Below, piece by piece: positions 51,700 to 64,000 of a stretch of 64,000 bases of DNA. A program made the translations under genes and the position numbers. Within the stretch, counting starts at the first letter, position 1. Each line of letters begins with the position of its first letter. The stretch lies in the NCBI GenBank assembly GCA_040285855.1, contig JAUFOQ010000017.1, positions 1,116,001 to 1,180,000 of the forward strand, in the 5' to 3' direction. The notes below the pieces were generated by a model. It was not told where the DNA came from. It searched no databases and was given only the letters and a program-made list of their open reading frames with translations. Origin of the DNA: Eukaryota sp. GEM-RC1. Taxonomy: Eukaryota.

Positions 51700-53055
51700 A
51701 AATTCTCGCTAATTTCACCTGACCTCTGACAAACTTGTTTGCTAGCTGATATTTGTGAAATACCAGAACGAGGTGTCAAATTCTTTGAAGTTTGCTCTTA
51801 AAGCAACTCCAAAAGCACCTTTTCCAACATTTTAAAAGTCGGACTTGAATCAGCCAAAGAAAAAAATCCAGTGTTCGCAAATTTTTTAATCAATTTGAAA
51901 GACCTTACTTCAGTTGCTTTGATTAACCAAATTCCACTGACTTATGGAGTCTTGTTGGGTGATCATTAATTGACTACAACATTTATACTTTGATGTTTCT
52001 TGTGGGCCTCTCATTTACCTAATGATCTCCAATGTCAATGTAGTCACTTCGCTACAGTTGTTTACCTTTAGAGTTGTAATTGTTTCATTACATAGAACTT
52101 GCACTCATAATGCTATCAAATTCATGCCATGTGTAAGTCCTACAAAATCGAATCTTTCGTTCAGCCATTGTTGAGATAACTTGAAGTCACTAATTTTCAA
52201 CAATAAGTGATTCTGATAAGACTTTGGGTAAAAGACGAGCTGATATCATTCACGGACTGATAGCAATAGATTGGTATTGTCAACAGTTTTTATTGATTGC
52301 AACGAGTGTTCCAATAGCATTATATTGGCAATAATTCTTTGTAAAATGTGTCTACTTTTTGAAGAGTAATTATTAATAATTCTTCACTGTGCATATCTTT
52401 GAAACTTGACTTGATCAGTAATGTGTCATAAGCTCCATCATCTTTTGAAGCAGTTTGTGTTTCATGTATTTCACCAATGTGTAGGCGATAAAGCTACATG
52501 CTATTGCTGAACTTATCTTTCGTGATTGCAGATGCTTTTGTTGTTGTTTGTATTCGAATTGAATCATGTGATCAGTGTGAGTGAAGAACTTCAAATATTT
52601 GGGAAAATTTGGATCTGTTCATTTGTCACTTTGATACGTGTTTGTTTCTGGTTTTATTGGACCAATTATTGTAGTATATTGGTCCGTTCCCAATCATTTA
52701 TTGGGATCTAAATTTTCGCAACAATACTTGTCTAATAATTTGTTGTCAGTCCCTGGATGTCGTCATTCCATCAGTCAATGATGAACAGAAAGTTGTTGAT
52801 GGGTTCACTGTGGATGTGTGCAAAACAGTGCATTTACGGATGCTAAAAATGAAGTGTCACCCCGCTGGTTCAGAACAAGTTTAGAGAAACAAATACGATG
52901 TTTTCTTACCAGATCTCAAACGTGCAAATCAAGTTGAGTAAAATACTTGCCCTTTGCTATTTCAATTTACGTCGACCGTGTAAAAATGATCTTCGTTTTC
53001 TCTCAGAGTTTGATCAAGATGTTAAAAGCATATTAACTAAAAGTTCGATCATAAG
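51700..53055 (+). mobile_element. Decayed CRE-like element fragment interrupted by a MITE
   Basis: Nucleotide homology to ~6600-7400. Confidence 0.75.
52251..52755. mobile_element. Older copy of the CAGGGACTGG MITE
   Basis: Colinear with 17090-17559. Degenerate 9-bp TSD GATATCATT / GATGTCGTC lies inside the RADV coding motif of the CRE-like host. Confidence 0.8.
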
Positions 53056-53140
53056 CAGTGAACTCTTACACGTTGAATAATTCAATCTAACATGTTAAAA
53101 ATTGAATTTAACACGTGTTAGGACGTGTTACTGGCAAACT
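53056..53140. mobile_element. Terminal fragment related to the CAGTGAACGCTAACA MITE
   Basis: CAGTGAACTCTTACACGTT...AACACGTGTTAGGACGTG; no matching other end found. Confidence 0.5.
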
Positions 53141-53485
53141 GGTAAAAAAGGTCACACCTGAAGAAGGACGTTTTTTTGCGATTTTTACGTGTTTTCGATT
53201 TTATTAAAAAACCTTCAAAAAGTATGCACATCGACAGTAGTAGTTCCACCTTTTTAATTTTGAATTTTATCCCTTCATTTTCGTCAATGATATCTTTCAG
53301 AATTAGATCATTATAGCATCTTTCCTTTGACATTGACTAAAACAACAAGTAGATGATGGACACTGTTCATCTAACAGTGATCATGTTCACAATGTGGGAC
53401 CATAACACAGATGCAGAGTATACTTTTTGTTTTCAAAAATAGCTACTGTGGGTTCAATTTCAATATAAGATGCTTATAATATTAT

Positions 53486-53909
53486 CAGCGTAATGTGCCA
53501 TACGGCCATACGGCCATACGGCCATACGCGTATGGCATTTTCTGCCATAAAGATGGATAATTTTCTTTGATATTTCTATATTCACAAGTTACAACTTAAT
53601 CCTTACAAATGTAATACAATCATCCGATATCATTCAATAACCGTTTCTAGTACTGTAGCTAAGATCTGGAGGTGTTCTAATTGGGTTAGAGTAAGACAAT
53701 TGATCATGAAGGAATGTAAATTGATGACTTCTGCCTGAAAAGACTCGGATTTATAAATAGGTATCGTATTTAGATGTTGAATAAAAGTGAAGTACAATGT
53801 GGTGTTGGGTTAACACATAACTCATTAAAACACTTCAATAACACACCAGACAGGCCATACGCGTATGGCCCGTATGGCAGTTAATAAATTGCATAATGGC
53901 ATAACGCTG
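53486..53909. mobile_element. hAT-like MITE with GGCCATAC repeats
   Basis: Imperfect TIR CAGCGT..TGCCAT, TSD AATATTAT / GATATTAT, GCCATACGCGTATGGC palindromes near both ends. Confidence 0.75.
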
Positions 53910-55807
53910 GATATTATTGATATTGAGTGCTAGTTTTGGTTAACTGGGTATGTTCTATATGCGAAATGAAAATAAGTGTTAATCTGAATGATCCATATCT
54001 TATGTTTTTTTGTCCATCTCTTATGTCCATTCATAAACTAAAAAATGTCCTTTGATTTAGTCTTATGAGAACCATTTGCAATTACGATCATTTTCATTTT
54101 GGTTCAGGAAATTACATTTTGTTACAAAACAGTGATCTGTGGTCACAGTGTTAGTTTTATCTGTACGTATGGTGTAAATAGGATGGTGTTTCAATCTACA
54201 ACACAATCTAGCATTAGTTACTTTTCCTTATGCAGTAAACTGTCTCCAATTGCAATCTCTGTAATTGAAAACTCTTTAAAATTAAACCAAAACCCATGCC
54301 ACCGAGTAGAACAATACCAAATTGAAAGCATGTTCGTCAATATAGTGAAAATGAAAAATGATGTAAATACTGAAAATGTATCTATAGAACCGTTCTTCAG
54401 TAAAGAACTGTTTCATTGTTTGTGAATTATCTCTAATTGTGTTCAAATAACTAAGGCGGATCACTTCACGGCTCTAAATCACGTGATGCGAGACCTTCCA
54501 ATAGTGCTGGAGAAAAGGCGAACTGATGATTTGAGAGAGTGAAACATTGGTTCATTATATATATTGCGAAATATCAACGAAACACTTTTTTTGAATCGGG
54601 ATGGTTAATTTAAGCCAATCGCATAACATGTGTAAATGGCCGAGCATTCATAGTAGCTGTTGTGTGGATCAAGCTTCTTCATTTGCTTTTGCAAACTAAT
54701 TAATCACGTAGTTGACGTTCTGGAATAAATATTGTAGTTAGTTTAGGGTAAATTTTTAGGAACTGTCTGCAAAACAAAACTCTCCGTAATTGAAACGACA
54801 CTCCATGGACCAAGTATTTTCAATTAGAGAGAGTATACTGTAGAACGTTTGGCCTTTCCGTGTAAGGATTTCTCATCATCTTGAGTCCAACGGTATAGGC
54901 TGTGTGCAAAGAATTTCAATGAAGGTTTTTGTAAAGGAGTACTTGGAGTATCCCTCATAAAAGCAGTGTTTAGGTATTTTGAATCAAACCAGCTTCGAGA
55001 TATGAAATTGAGATAATGTAGATGTGTTGGTGTCTCATGTGTTAATATTGATCATTGATGTTATTAGTAAGTGTTAATACAATCCATGTGTAACGGTGTT
55101 TTTGTCTTTTTATCACCAAGCTTATTTTTGATTGGGGCTTTTACCAAATTGTCCTCATTGACATCTTCTGTTTACATAATCGGGTCACTTTTCATTGCTC
55201 TTACAAAACAGGGTCATCAAACCTCTTCCAACTTTTCTGTATCTAATGGACATAACTGTTCTCAAACTTCATTCACTCTTCTCTTCAACTACATGCTTTA
55301 TTGGCTTAAAAATACACAACTAGTATACTCTACATGAGAATCCGGTCAAGTGGTGATGGTTCTCCAACATAGTTGTCGAAATCCCACTCCTCCATCAGTC
55401 TTTCCTCGCATTTGGACGGTTCGTTATCATCATCTTCAACAACATCCTCGTTTTCATGCGCTTCTGATTTACATCCTCCATCTATCTCACGCAAAGAAAT
55501 CATCAACTTGTCGAATATGTCTTGTTCATATGCCTCTTTTTATGACGGTTAGATCTATAGCGTTTCTTCTTTCTCCTACCAGTTTTCTTTGAATATAAAG
55601 GTGGTAATATTCTCTCCAAGTGTTCAATGTCCTCACTTAATTTTAAACATTTGTACTTTAGGATCAATGTTTTCTGGTAAAGAACTCATAATTAGGGAAG
55701 TAGTTGTGGGAGTGGCCCCATAGAGTAAGAAGTTTGTATAATGACCCTATTTTGTAAACCAAGGACATGAATCTGGTTTGATTCTGTAATTATCCCTTTT
55801 TGATTTG

Positions 55808-56907
55808 ATGTTCTCTCAGATTGAGTACAAGATTGAAAACACCGCTCTGCTTGACCAATTACGCAAAGCTCTACATACCGATACATTGACTGATGATGCT
55901 CTCCTGTCCCTTTCTGATTTAGAAATTGATGATCCTGATCTCACTGAGGTCAAAGATCTTTTCCGTCTTACGGGCCTTCAAACACTCAGGTTTGCTTCTG
56001 GCTTTCAGATCCCTTCCACAAAATTTCTGGTTTCACTAGAACGACTCTCCCATTTAAAACATCTAGATCTTAGTCAGACTGATGTTGATACATTGTTCTT
56101 CATAGAGAAACTGTCCAACCTTGAGAGCCTCCGAATTGATGGAACCCAAATCAGAAGTTTGTCATCTCTTTCTGCTCTAACCACACTCACTCTCTTGACA
56201 ATTAAAAACACGTGGATTTATGATCTCTACCCCCTCATCGCATTGACTAAGCTGTCATCACTGGATTCCCGTGCATGTACTCTACTTCCAGTGAGTCATC
56301 AAGGTTATTTCCAAACAAGGGCGATCGTTGAACAAGTTGTTGGATGTTATGACAACATTACTTCCTTTTTTCCACTCATGTTCAGAATCCAATACTGATT
56401 ACGGCTTTGGAGGTGTTTTCAAATGGAATTTTAAGCAGAGATTTGTTTTCCCAATTGACCCAACTTAAACTTTCCAACCGGAGCCTTCACTCGCTGAGCG
56501 GAGTTCAGTTTTGCCATCGTGTGTCCGTTCTTTTTATTTCTGATAACCCGGTCTCTGATCTGACACCTCTATCTGCGCTGGCATCTCTTGAAACTCTAGA
56601 CATCTCTAGAACCAACGTATCGTCCCTTTCTCCTCTGTCAGGACTCCGTAAGCTACGTAAGCTTCAACTGAATCAGACTCCAGTGATTTCCCTTGAGCCA
56701 CTGAGAGGACTTCCCGCATTACAGTCTGTCTCTCTTAAAAATACTAAGGTTGACACAGAAGAACTACGTGTCTTTTTGACCGTTCCCTTAATTCATTCAA
56801 TAGATGTAGGGTCGTGTTTCCAGATTCGTTCGTACTACCGGGAACAAGGAAAACATGGGAAAATAATGGGTAATATCAAAATAAATGAGTTATGTAGGAG
56901 AATTTAG
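55808..56907 (+). CDS. Leucine-rich repeat protein (apparent frameshift in T-run ~56370; upstream part decayed)
   Basis: Repeated LxxLxLxxTxVxxLxxL units in both ORFs, which join on adding one T. True start uncertain; may be a pseudogene. Confidence 0.7.
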
Positions 56908-57109
56908 TTTAGATTGTGTTTGATGATGTTCAATACGAGATGTTGGCTTTCAAGATTGACTCTTACTTTGTTTCAGTCGATGTTTAGTTATTGCAATTCT
57001 ATTTTAGCTAAATTGTTTGATTCTAGTCGGGTGGAATTCAGTTCAGATACTTTAACTAGTGTCTTGCAGTTTTAGGTAGTGTACATTGTGCGTGGTAAGT
57101 TAGTGTCTT

Positions 57110-57330
57110 CAAATAAAATACCTTTTTTAACCAAAAATCATTGCCATTGAAACTCACAACAGCTTTTTTCTTCATAAAAATACCGAGGGCTAATACAGCT
57201 TCTGAAATCAAAATAGGAATTGTTTTATATATAGTAAACACAATTCGATTCAACCAAAACTTGAAATCAAATTTCCTGCTCAGTCTGTTTTTGTCAACTT
57301 TTTCAAAATCAGAGAGAAAACAAATATACT
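57110..57330 (-). mobile_element. 3' tail fragment of CRE-like element
   Basis: FLSDFEK..KFDFKFWLNRIVFTIYKTIP matches ~7350-7560. Confidence 0.75.
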
Positions 57331-57402
57331 GTAAACAAGACGAGCAGTTCATTCGGTTGTGAACTGAATTGATGTAGTTCATAGAAAAATCACGGACAAA
57401 AA

Positions 57403-57474
57403 TTCGCATACCGGGAATCGAACCCGGGTCTAGCATGTGAGAGACGCTAATGCTAACCACTACACCATATGCGA
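57403..57474 (-). tRNA. tRNA-Glu (anticodon CTC)
   Basis: Acceptor TCGCATA/TATGCGA, anticodon arm AGCGT-CTCTCAC-ATGCT, T arm CCGGG-TTCGATT-CCCGG, followed by a T5 Pol III terminator. Confidence 0.95.
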
Positions 57475-57705
57475 TTTCCATGATTCAGTATAATCGTCAG
57501 GACCTTTGCATTATACCTGAAATGCTGCTTTCATCACTTTAACTTAATTAATGCAAATGACCAAGCACTTGTGTCGTGCACAGATGATTGCGTTTGATTC
57601 TTCATTGGATATGTTTAGTGTATAGTTTGCGGTTGTGATCACTAATTTTGGAGTCAAAACCTCGACATCTACAGTTATGCTTAAGTTCAGCGTTCTTCCA
57701 CTATA

Positions 57706-59267
57706 ATGTTCGTCCTTACTTTGCTGTTGCTCTGCCTTGTGTGTTTGTCTGTGACTGACCTCCGCACTCCACCCAAACTGGTTTCAATTCCCTCCTGTCC
57801 ATATACAACGTCTTTGGATGTGGACGATCCCTTCAGAATCCCCTTCTTCAAGGTTCCACTTATTCACTTCGGTCGATTTTCCATCATTGATTCTTCATTC
57901 TTCTATGAAACATCCAAACCATCTCTACACATAAGCTCAGCATCTTCTCGCTATAAAGCTCCAGTACCTGCGCACCCACTTGGGAGACCGGCATCGATCG
58001 ATTACAACTTCCTTCAGGGTTCTGTTTTCTCATCGTTTCCTTCATGTACTATGGTCATCGTCTCTTTACTATCCATCATCACGTCTACTTTCTTTCTCAC
58101 CATCAAATTGTTCTCTCTTGGTCACTGTTTTTGCTGTTTTTCAATACCTGATCTGAAGAAACCCCCATCCAAACTCGCATGTTTCTTTCTTCTCCTCTTC
58201 ACTGTACATTCTTGTATGTTTTCTTTACTTTTGCTTGGAACACTTGCTCATCAAGAAGTGGTTCTGGATGATTTTCGTGTGGAAGTTGAAGATGTCTTTG
58301 TACAGCTAATGGATAAGTATTCTTCTACGATTAGAAACTCAATTGAAGTGATTCCATCTGAAATGATGGATCAAATAGATGGTCTTGATGATTGGATACT
58401 TCATGAGCAATCACTTGACTCTTATTCAAATCAAATGGTTGATAATGGTCAATCTTGGGTCGGATTTTATTCGTCAACAATTTTGAGCTTTTCTAAAACT
58501 TTTTGTTTGATTTTATCAGGTGTACTTTTGATCTTCATTTTGCTACTTTTTCGCTCATTGTTTGCAAATAATTCACTAATTTTAAAAAATGGCGCAGTCA
58601 CAACCTCAATGTTCTTTTTTCTTTCATTTGTTCATTTTGAGTTCTGGTTTGATCACAATTTTTTCATTGATCTCGACTACTTCCTTTAAGGAGTTTGATC
58701 TATTATTGAAAGAAAAAATGAAATCTCAGACAATTTTGGATTAGTGGGAACATTGGTTTACGAGTTTCTCCACTGGTCTGAGGACTCAGGTAGCCAGGAC
58801 TTCCACTTAATCAATATAAGAGATGGATTAATTTCTGATTTACAACAACTACCTGAATCTATACGTGTTCAGATTGAACCAGAAATTTACAATTTGTTTG
58901 ATTTTAGTACAATGTCTGCAACATTTTCAAAAATTCATGAAATATTCATTTCTGAGATCATTCCAGTTCTTGATTCAACAGCTACATTTGCTCAGCTTCT
59001 TCTGTTTTCCTTGTTCTTTTCAAGTCTCCTTTATTTTTGGGCCAAGAACAGCTCCAAATCGATACACTATTCAGAAAAGAACTTGTTCCTGTTAGATTTG
59101 CCCCTCAATTCGCTCTTCAAATTGGATCTGGATTGGACGAAAGTCACCTGAGGGAGGTTACTGCTAGGTACAATAGAGAGTTAGAACGACAACGTATAGC
59201 AAAGGCAAAGGAAATCAAGAGCGATATGATACGGCGAGGTAGCTTCAGTAAGTATCGAAGAGCATAA
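57706..59267 (+). CDS. Unknown multi-pass membrane protein with signal peptide (three apparent homopolymer frameshifts)
   Basis: Signal peptide and ~5 TM segments. The ORFs join on removing one T (~58620) and adding one A at ~58715 and at ~59076. Confidence 0.65.
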
Positions 59268-59799
59268 AAATATCACGATAAATCTCTGGAATATACTATA
59301 TTGGTTAATCAACACAAAATGTCATTTATGACAACTTCTAAGAATCCCGCTATCACTGGTTCATAAATCGATATGTTCCATTTATCCAATTTTCATATAT
59401 AATTCCTACCTTTTAGCAATTTTCAGTCTCTAAGCAAAGAACTTCGCCAACAGTCTTAGTCATCGAATAACATATCGAATCAAAGTCTTAACACTATCAT
59501 GGCCTGTCATTTGACCTGTTGTTTGATGTCTTGAGCGATCCCATTAAACAAATAAACTACTATGTTTTATAGCTGAAAATGGTGATGTTAAGTTATATCT
59601 TCAGTTTGAATTCAAAAGAGTTCAACCAATACCCTCATAAATCTGTCAGTTCAAAACTAAATTCTAACCATGTATTAAGACCAACATGAGCTTGGGTTGT
59701 CTTCTTTCCAAGCGTATCGTAGATTTGGAACCACAAAACCGGTGCAAGAGAACAATGGGCAACATCAGAGTACGATGTAATTTGAGTACCTTTAGCCGC

Positions 59800-61000
59800 A
59801 CAAGAAATCAAGTTGGACATGGTGAAACGGTTATGATGAACGCAAAGGTGATGAATACTGACAGTCGGTTATATTTGTCTTCCCAGAAGCAATTGTCATC
59901 ATCTTTACGTATGGCAGCACGTTCTCAAAACCTGCAGGCGTAACCGAGGTGTACTTGACTTAGATGCAATATGTTGAAATCCATTTTTACTAAGATAAAA
60001 TATGATTCTAAAATTGACAAAAAATGATCTGGGACCCCTGTCTTCTAAAGGCTTTTGGATGGCTGAATTGTCAAGCCCTCGCAAATTTCGACTCATCCGA
60101 CGGCCGTATCCAATTGTGCTCCAATAGTACGTGTCAATATCTTGAATTAATGCAGATCAGATCGGTCATCATCATTTTAGATCATCTGGGAGTTGGTGAG
60201 TTGTAGTATATCTCTTCTTCAGAATCTTAATTCCTTCGTGGCGAAGTTGGAATCGCATCGGATTTCTAACCCGGGGACCGTGGGTTCGAGCCCCACCGAA
60301 GGAGAAAATTTTTATGATGTCATTGTTGGCCGTACCAGTAAATATCATTATGGACTATGACTATAGTTACATGCATCAGTAGTATGATCCAAGAGCGTCG
60401 AAACAAAGATTGTCTTGGAAATTCTTCCATGTCTACAGTGCAGTATATAAATTTGCCCTCTATACCAAAAACGCTTTGTTGTACTTTTCTCTGAGCTTCT
60501 TCCCTTTCTTCTCCTGTTGCATGAGAATTTCACACGGACCCTTTGCAGTCACTCTCACCAGGCGTTCTCTTCAGTTCCTCGACCAGAGGTAATTGATATT
60601 AGAGCGCCAATTTCAACTCGATGAGATCTTGAAAATCCGATCAAACTACGACACCGATCAAGGGGAACTATGTCCTCCCTTTAACGCAAGCCTCTGTTGA
60701 CACGTGTCATTTTGGCCACCATCTTGGATGATATCCTCAGAATCGTTGTTCAAAGAGCTTCCCCTCTCCCTCCACAAGTCTTCTCCCCACAGACACTCTT
60801 TCCCAAGCTCTAGAACTAGTAGTTGATCCTCTTCTCTCTTCTTGTGTTGTCTCTTCCCTGTGGTCACTTCAAACCAGCCAATTTCCCGATACCATGTCAG
60901 AGTTGCTGATTGTGATTCTTCCACAATCCTTGCCGTTACTTTCTAAGCCATCTCAATGATTTCTCACCGTCTTGGCTCTTTCGGGTTTATACCTGCTACG
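59800..61000 (-). mobile_element. Possible highly decayed Gypsy-like remnant
   Basis: GRRMSRNLRGLD and YLSKNGFQHI loosely resemble the RT motifs RMCxDxRxLN and DLxxGFxQI. Weak. Confidence 0.3.
60232..60304 (+). tRNA. tRNA-Arg (anticodon TCT)
   Basis: Acceptor TCCTTCG/CGAAGGA, D arm GCGA/TCGC with A20, anticodon loop TTTCTAA, T arm GTGGG-TTCGAGC-CCCAC, downstream T5. Confidence 0.9.
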
Positions 61001-62690
61001 TCATTGTGACTAAACATCAGCAACACATTGGTAGTGAGAGTTCATCTATTGGAGCAGCTTTATTCAAATTTTGTCTGAAACAGATGGTTTTGAAGCAAAA
61101 TGATTCAAACAACACATGGTATATCTTGAACGATATTTATTGATTTATTCATTTGGATGTGTACGCATCTAATGAAGAATATCACAAATTATATTCATAT
61201 TTACTACTGAATTGGGTACTCAATTTACCTCCGCAAGATTTGATTTCTTTAACTTCACCTATACTTTTCATATGACTTCATCAACCCTGTCAAATTCAAC
61301 CCTGTCAAATTCACGTGTTTATCACGTGTTTTTTTCAATGTTGAGGTAATCTATTTCTTGATATCCGTCTAGGAATCTTGTATGTTGGTTGTCTTCATCT
61401 TTTTGAGTCATCTTTATGGGTTTTACTTAGAACTATGTCTATATTTCAATTTTTCTCGATTGTTATTTAATCACATCCCTTTTGTTACATTAAGTGTCTT
61501 GTAAACTCACCAAGGTTACGTGATCATGAATCAGTTTGCATGTTTTTGTTTCTGCTTTTCTGCATATGGTTGGTGGAAAAGAAGTTAATCTGTTCCATTC
61601 GATTCTTGAGCCTTCTAGTCACTTCATGAACAAAAGTCTTGGAAGATTGATAATGATGGTTATATTTACAATATTTTAAAATTTTGAACATATGGGTGTT
61701 TTTTGATTGCATTCGATTGCTGAAGGTTGTATGTGTAGTTTTATTCCGGGGTGAAAGGAATTTTTACTACCCAGAAATTTCACATTTTTTAAAATTTATT
61801 ACGTTTATTACCAACTTAAATGTTACACCAAACGACTGAAAGTTCAAAAGGAAAGGCTCATGTTCTTTAAGAACAACGTCTATACTACTGGTATTTTTGC
61901 TGTTATTGGCGATGTTGGAGGTGATCGTGATGGGAAAGTTTTAAGAACTGCATGTGACCGAATGGACTTTGAGTCTACCGGTGATATTACAACACAATAC
62001 CAATGTCAACCGGGTTTAATCCATTCTGCATCACCGTCAGAGACATGTGAGTTGCGTCATTAAGGGTTTCGAACTTGGATAAGATTCTCCCCACAGTTGT
62101 TCGATCGATCTTTAGGCCATGGATGTCAAGAACCCACTGTATTAGCACTTGTTCAAATAGACCTAACATTTTCAACTTTATACCACTCTAATAGTACACG
62201 CCAAAATCGCCACCGTTTAATTTATCAATCCTAGTATTTAAATACTTTTCGACTGGAAGTGATGCAGTAGTAATATGATTTAGTAATTGATCAATTGATT
62301 TAGGCAACGATAGTTTTGGAGCTGGTGGAGGACATCTTGACGTCCTTCGGCAAGTCTTTCAGTCACAGAATCGGAAGCAGGTGTTTTTACGAGTCAGCTC
62401 AGCGACTCCAATTTCATTCAATATTTTCAGTTAATTTGATTTTTTTGGAATGCCATCCAAGATGGCACTTTAGCTCTCAACTGCTCGTTACGCTCATAAC
62501 TGTTCATTAATTGTAATTTTATAGCTTTCTGTACATTCATTCAGTGGTTCTTGCGACTTTTTAGGTCGTGATGTTGTTCGTGCAAAAAGTGAATACTTTC
62601 TCAGTTTTGATACAAAGTTCAAAGTCAATCAAATGGCACTGAGATTCTGTACAAGCGGGGTGACAATGTGTCAAAACAATCACATTATGA

Positions 62691-62978
62691 TTATTGGACT
62701 AATGGGTCAGACTTGTATGATTGATTTCGCTCCCCTTTGAGCTCTACTGTGAGTAAGGGATAGTGCAAGAGTTTTATCTTTTTGGTTTTAACGGAACCAT
62801 ACCTTATCATAAATAATGAAGATCCAACATTTCTGACATAGTCCATACCTAGTTTTGAAGTTAGGTTGTGAATAACTGTAGTTTTGGCGCCATTTGCTTT
62901 CATTATGGTAGCTTTTTGGGTCAACTTGAGTGTGGTTAACTTGCATATATCATCTGTTGTACCATCGATGACTGCCAT
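62691..62978 (-). pseudogene. Possible PIF/Harbinger-type DDE transposase remnant
   Basis: AVIDGT motif followed by broken frames; weak. Confidence 0.25.
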
Positions 62979-64000
62979 TGTTTGTCACTCCTTTTTTTCT
63001 TGCGTATTGAGTCATATCACTTTTCTTCCTAAAATCCTTTTTCAGTAGTAGTGAACCACATTGGGGAAAAATAAATTTGGGTTTTTCTATTGTTCCAAAT
63101 ACAGTTTATGACATGCAATACTTTGTACTTTTATGATTCAATAAATTAACGAAATTCAAACTACAGCAGTTTGCATTTCATTAATTTATTGAAAAATGAA
63201 TTTATTTGATGCAACTGATCAAAGTGTTGAAAAGCATTTTCAGGAGAAACACCTGGAGAAACATCGTTTCCTCCATCAACATAACTGAGAGAGATTCCCT
63301 TATTCACCGTTTTATGATCTATGGTCACATCGTACTATATCAACCTCAATCATCTTCTCACTAAGTCCTCTTCAAATTCAAACAATGGTTGAGCAATTTG
63401 AGGCTCACCTTTCTCAAAAACTGTGTATGATTCCAGCAGTTCTGAATGACTCTTTTCTCAACCTGTTTCCATGCAAAACTTACTAACTTAACGGCGTCTA
63501 ATATACTGAATTTCTTCATGTCTGGTTTCTCTCAATCTATTACACGATCCAATTAGAATTCTGTTAGAACATCCCTCTTTTATAGTAGCATTTAAACCTT
63601 GGTCTAGCGGCTGTAGTAACGCCGTAGTGTTTGGGCACTAATGTCTAATGCTAAGTAGAAACTCCACCCTTAACTGGCTAAATCTTGTTGAAATCTTCTG
63701 AGACGCTACATTGTCTACAAGAAGCACAACTTTTCGGTCTTGTCTAGCCATCTTGTTGTTCAACTCAACACAATACTCACCAAATAGTGTGCGAGTCATG
63801 TACTAGTACTTCAAAAATATTAAAATCTCTACAGCTACACCAGCGACCGTATTTATTCACCTTGCACTTAGTCTCAGTGAGATTATTAAATGTAATCGTT
63901 TTTCCAAATCCGCCCGGCAATGACGTACTGTTGTATAACTGTGACATGTCCGGTACTCATATAAGTCGTAGTCAATAAGACAAAGTGAACAATCGTTGTA

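Noticed and set aside
7600..53540. CRISPR-like arrays (GATACA, TGTATTTT and GGCCATAC repeats)
   Set aside because: These are short subterminal transposon repeats without unique spacers; no cas genes; eukaryotic context.
60258..60274. Amber suppressor tRNA (CTA in the anticodon region)
   Set aside because: The stem register only pairs with loop TTTCTAA, giving anticodon TCT; A20 also fits Arg.
1..64000. Stop-codon reassignment (e.g. TAR = Gln)
   Set aside because: TAA ends OTC and NEMF, TAG ends EFCAB9-like right after the CaaX box, and TGA ends NADK and CinA. Long conserved ORFs contain no internal stops.

Overview
This is AT-rich, gene-sparse eukaryotic nuclear DNA with the standard genetic code (TAA, TAG and TGA all end genes) and very few, ultra-short (29-31 nt) GT-AG introns. 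Gene content (OTC of the type used in protist arginine catabolism, flagellum-associated EFCAB9- and SPATA17-like genes, bacterial-type CinA and DUF1624 acyltransferases) suggests a flagellated, probably anaerobic protist, possibly a metamonad; this is inference. Recognisable genes: a tandem pair of BTB + SPRY-like genes, a triplicated ~4.75-4.8 kb unit carrying CinA/PncC, a TMEM62-like metallophosphoesterase, two inverted DUF1624 acyltransferases around an SCYL1-like pseudokinase, a SPATA17-like IQ protein, NAD kinase, OTC, NEMF/Rqc2, EFCAB9-like, an LRR protein, two unknown membrane proteins, tRNA-Glu(CTC) and tRNA-Arg(TCT). Intergenic DNA holds many TE relics: several MITE families with readable TIRs/TSDs, a hAT transposase fragment, 5'-truncated CRE-like non-LTR elements and Ty3/Gypsy remnants. 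Many conserved genes are broken by single-base homopolymer indels, most likely long-read consensus errors. The most interesting unexplained signal is a structured ~520-nt noncoding segment (38570-39095) with a 1.5-repeat CCTAACCCT motif directly 3' of a three-way-junction helix; it is an unconfirmed telomerase RNA candidate. All assignments are by eye; no searches were run.
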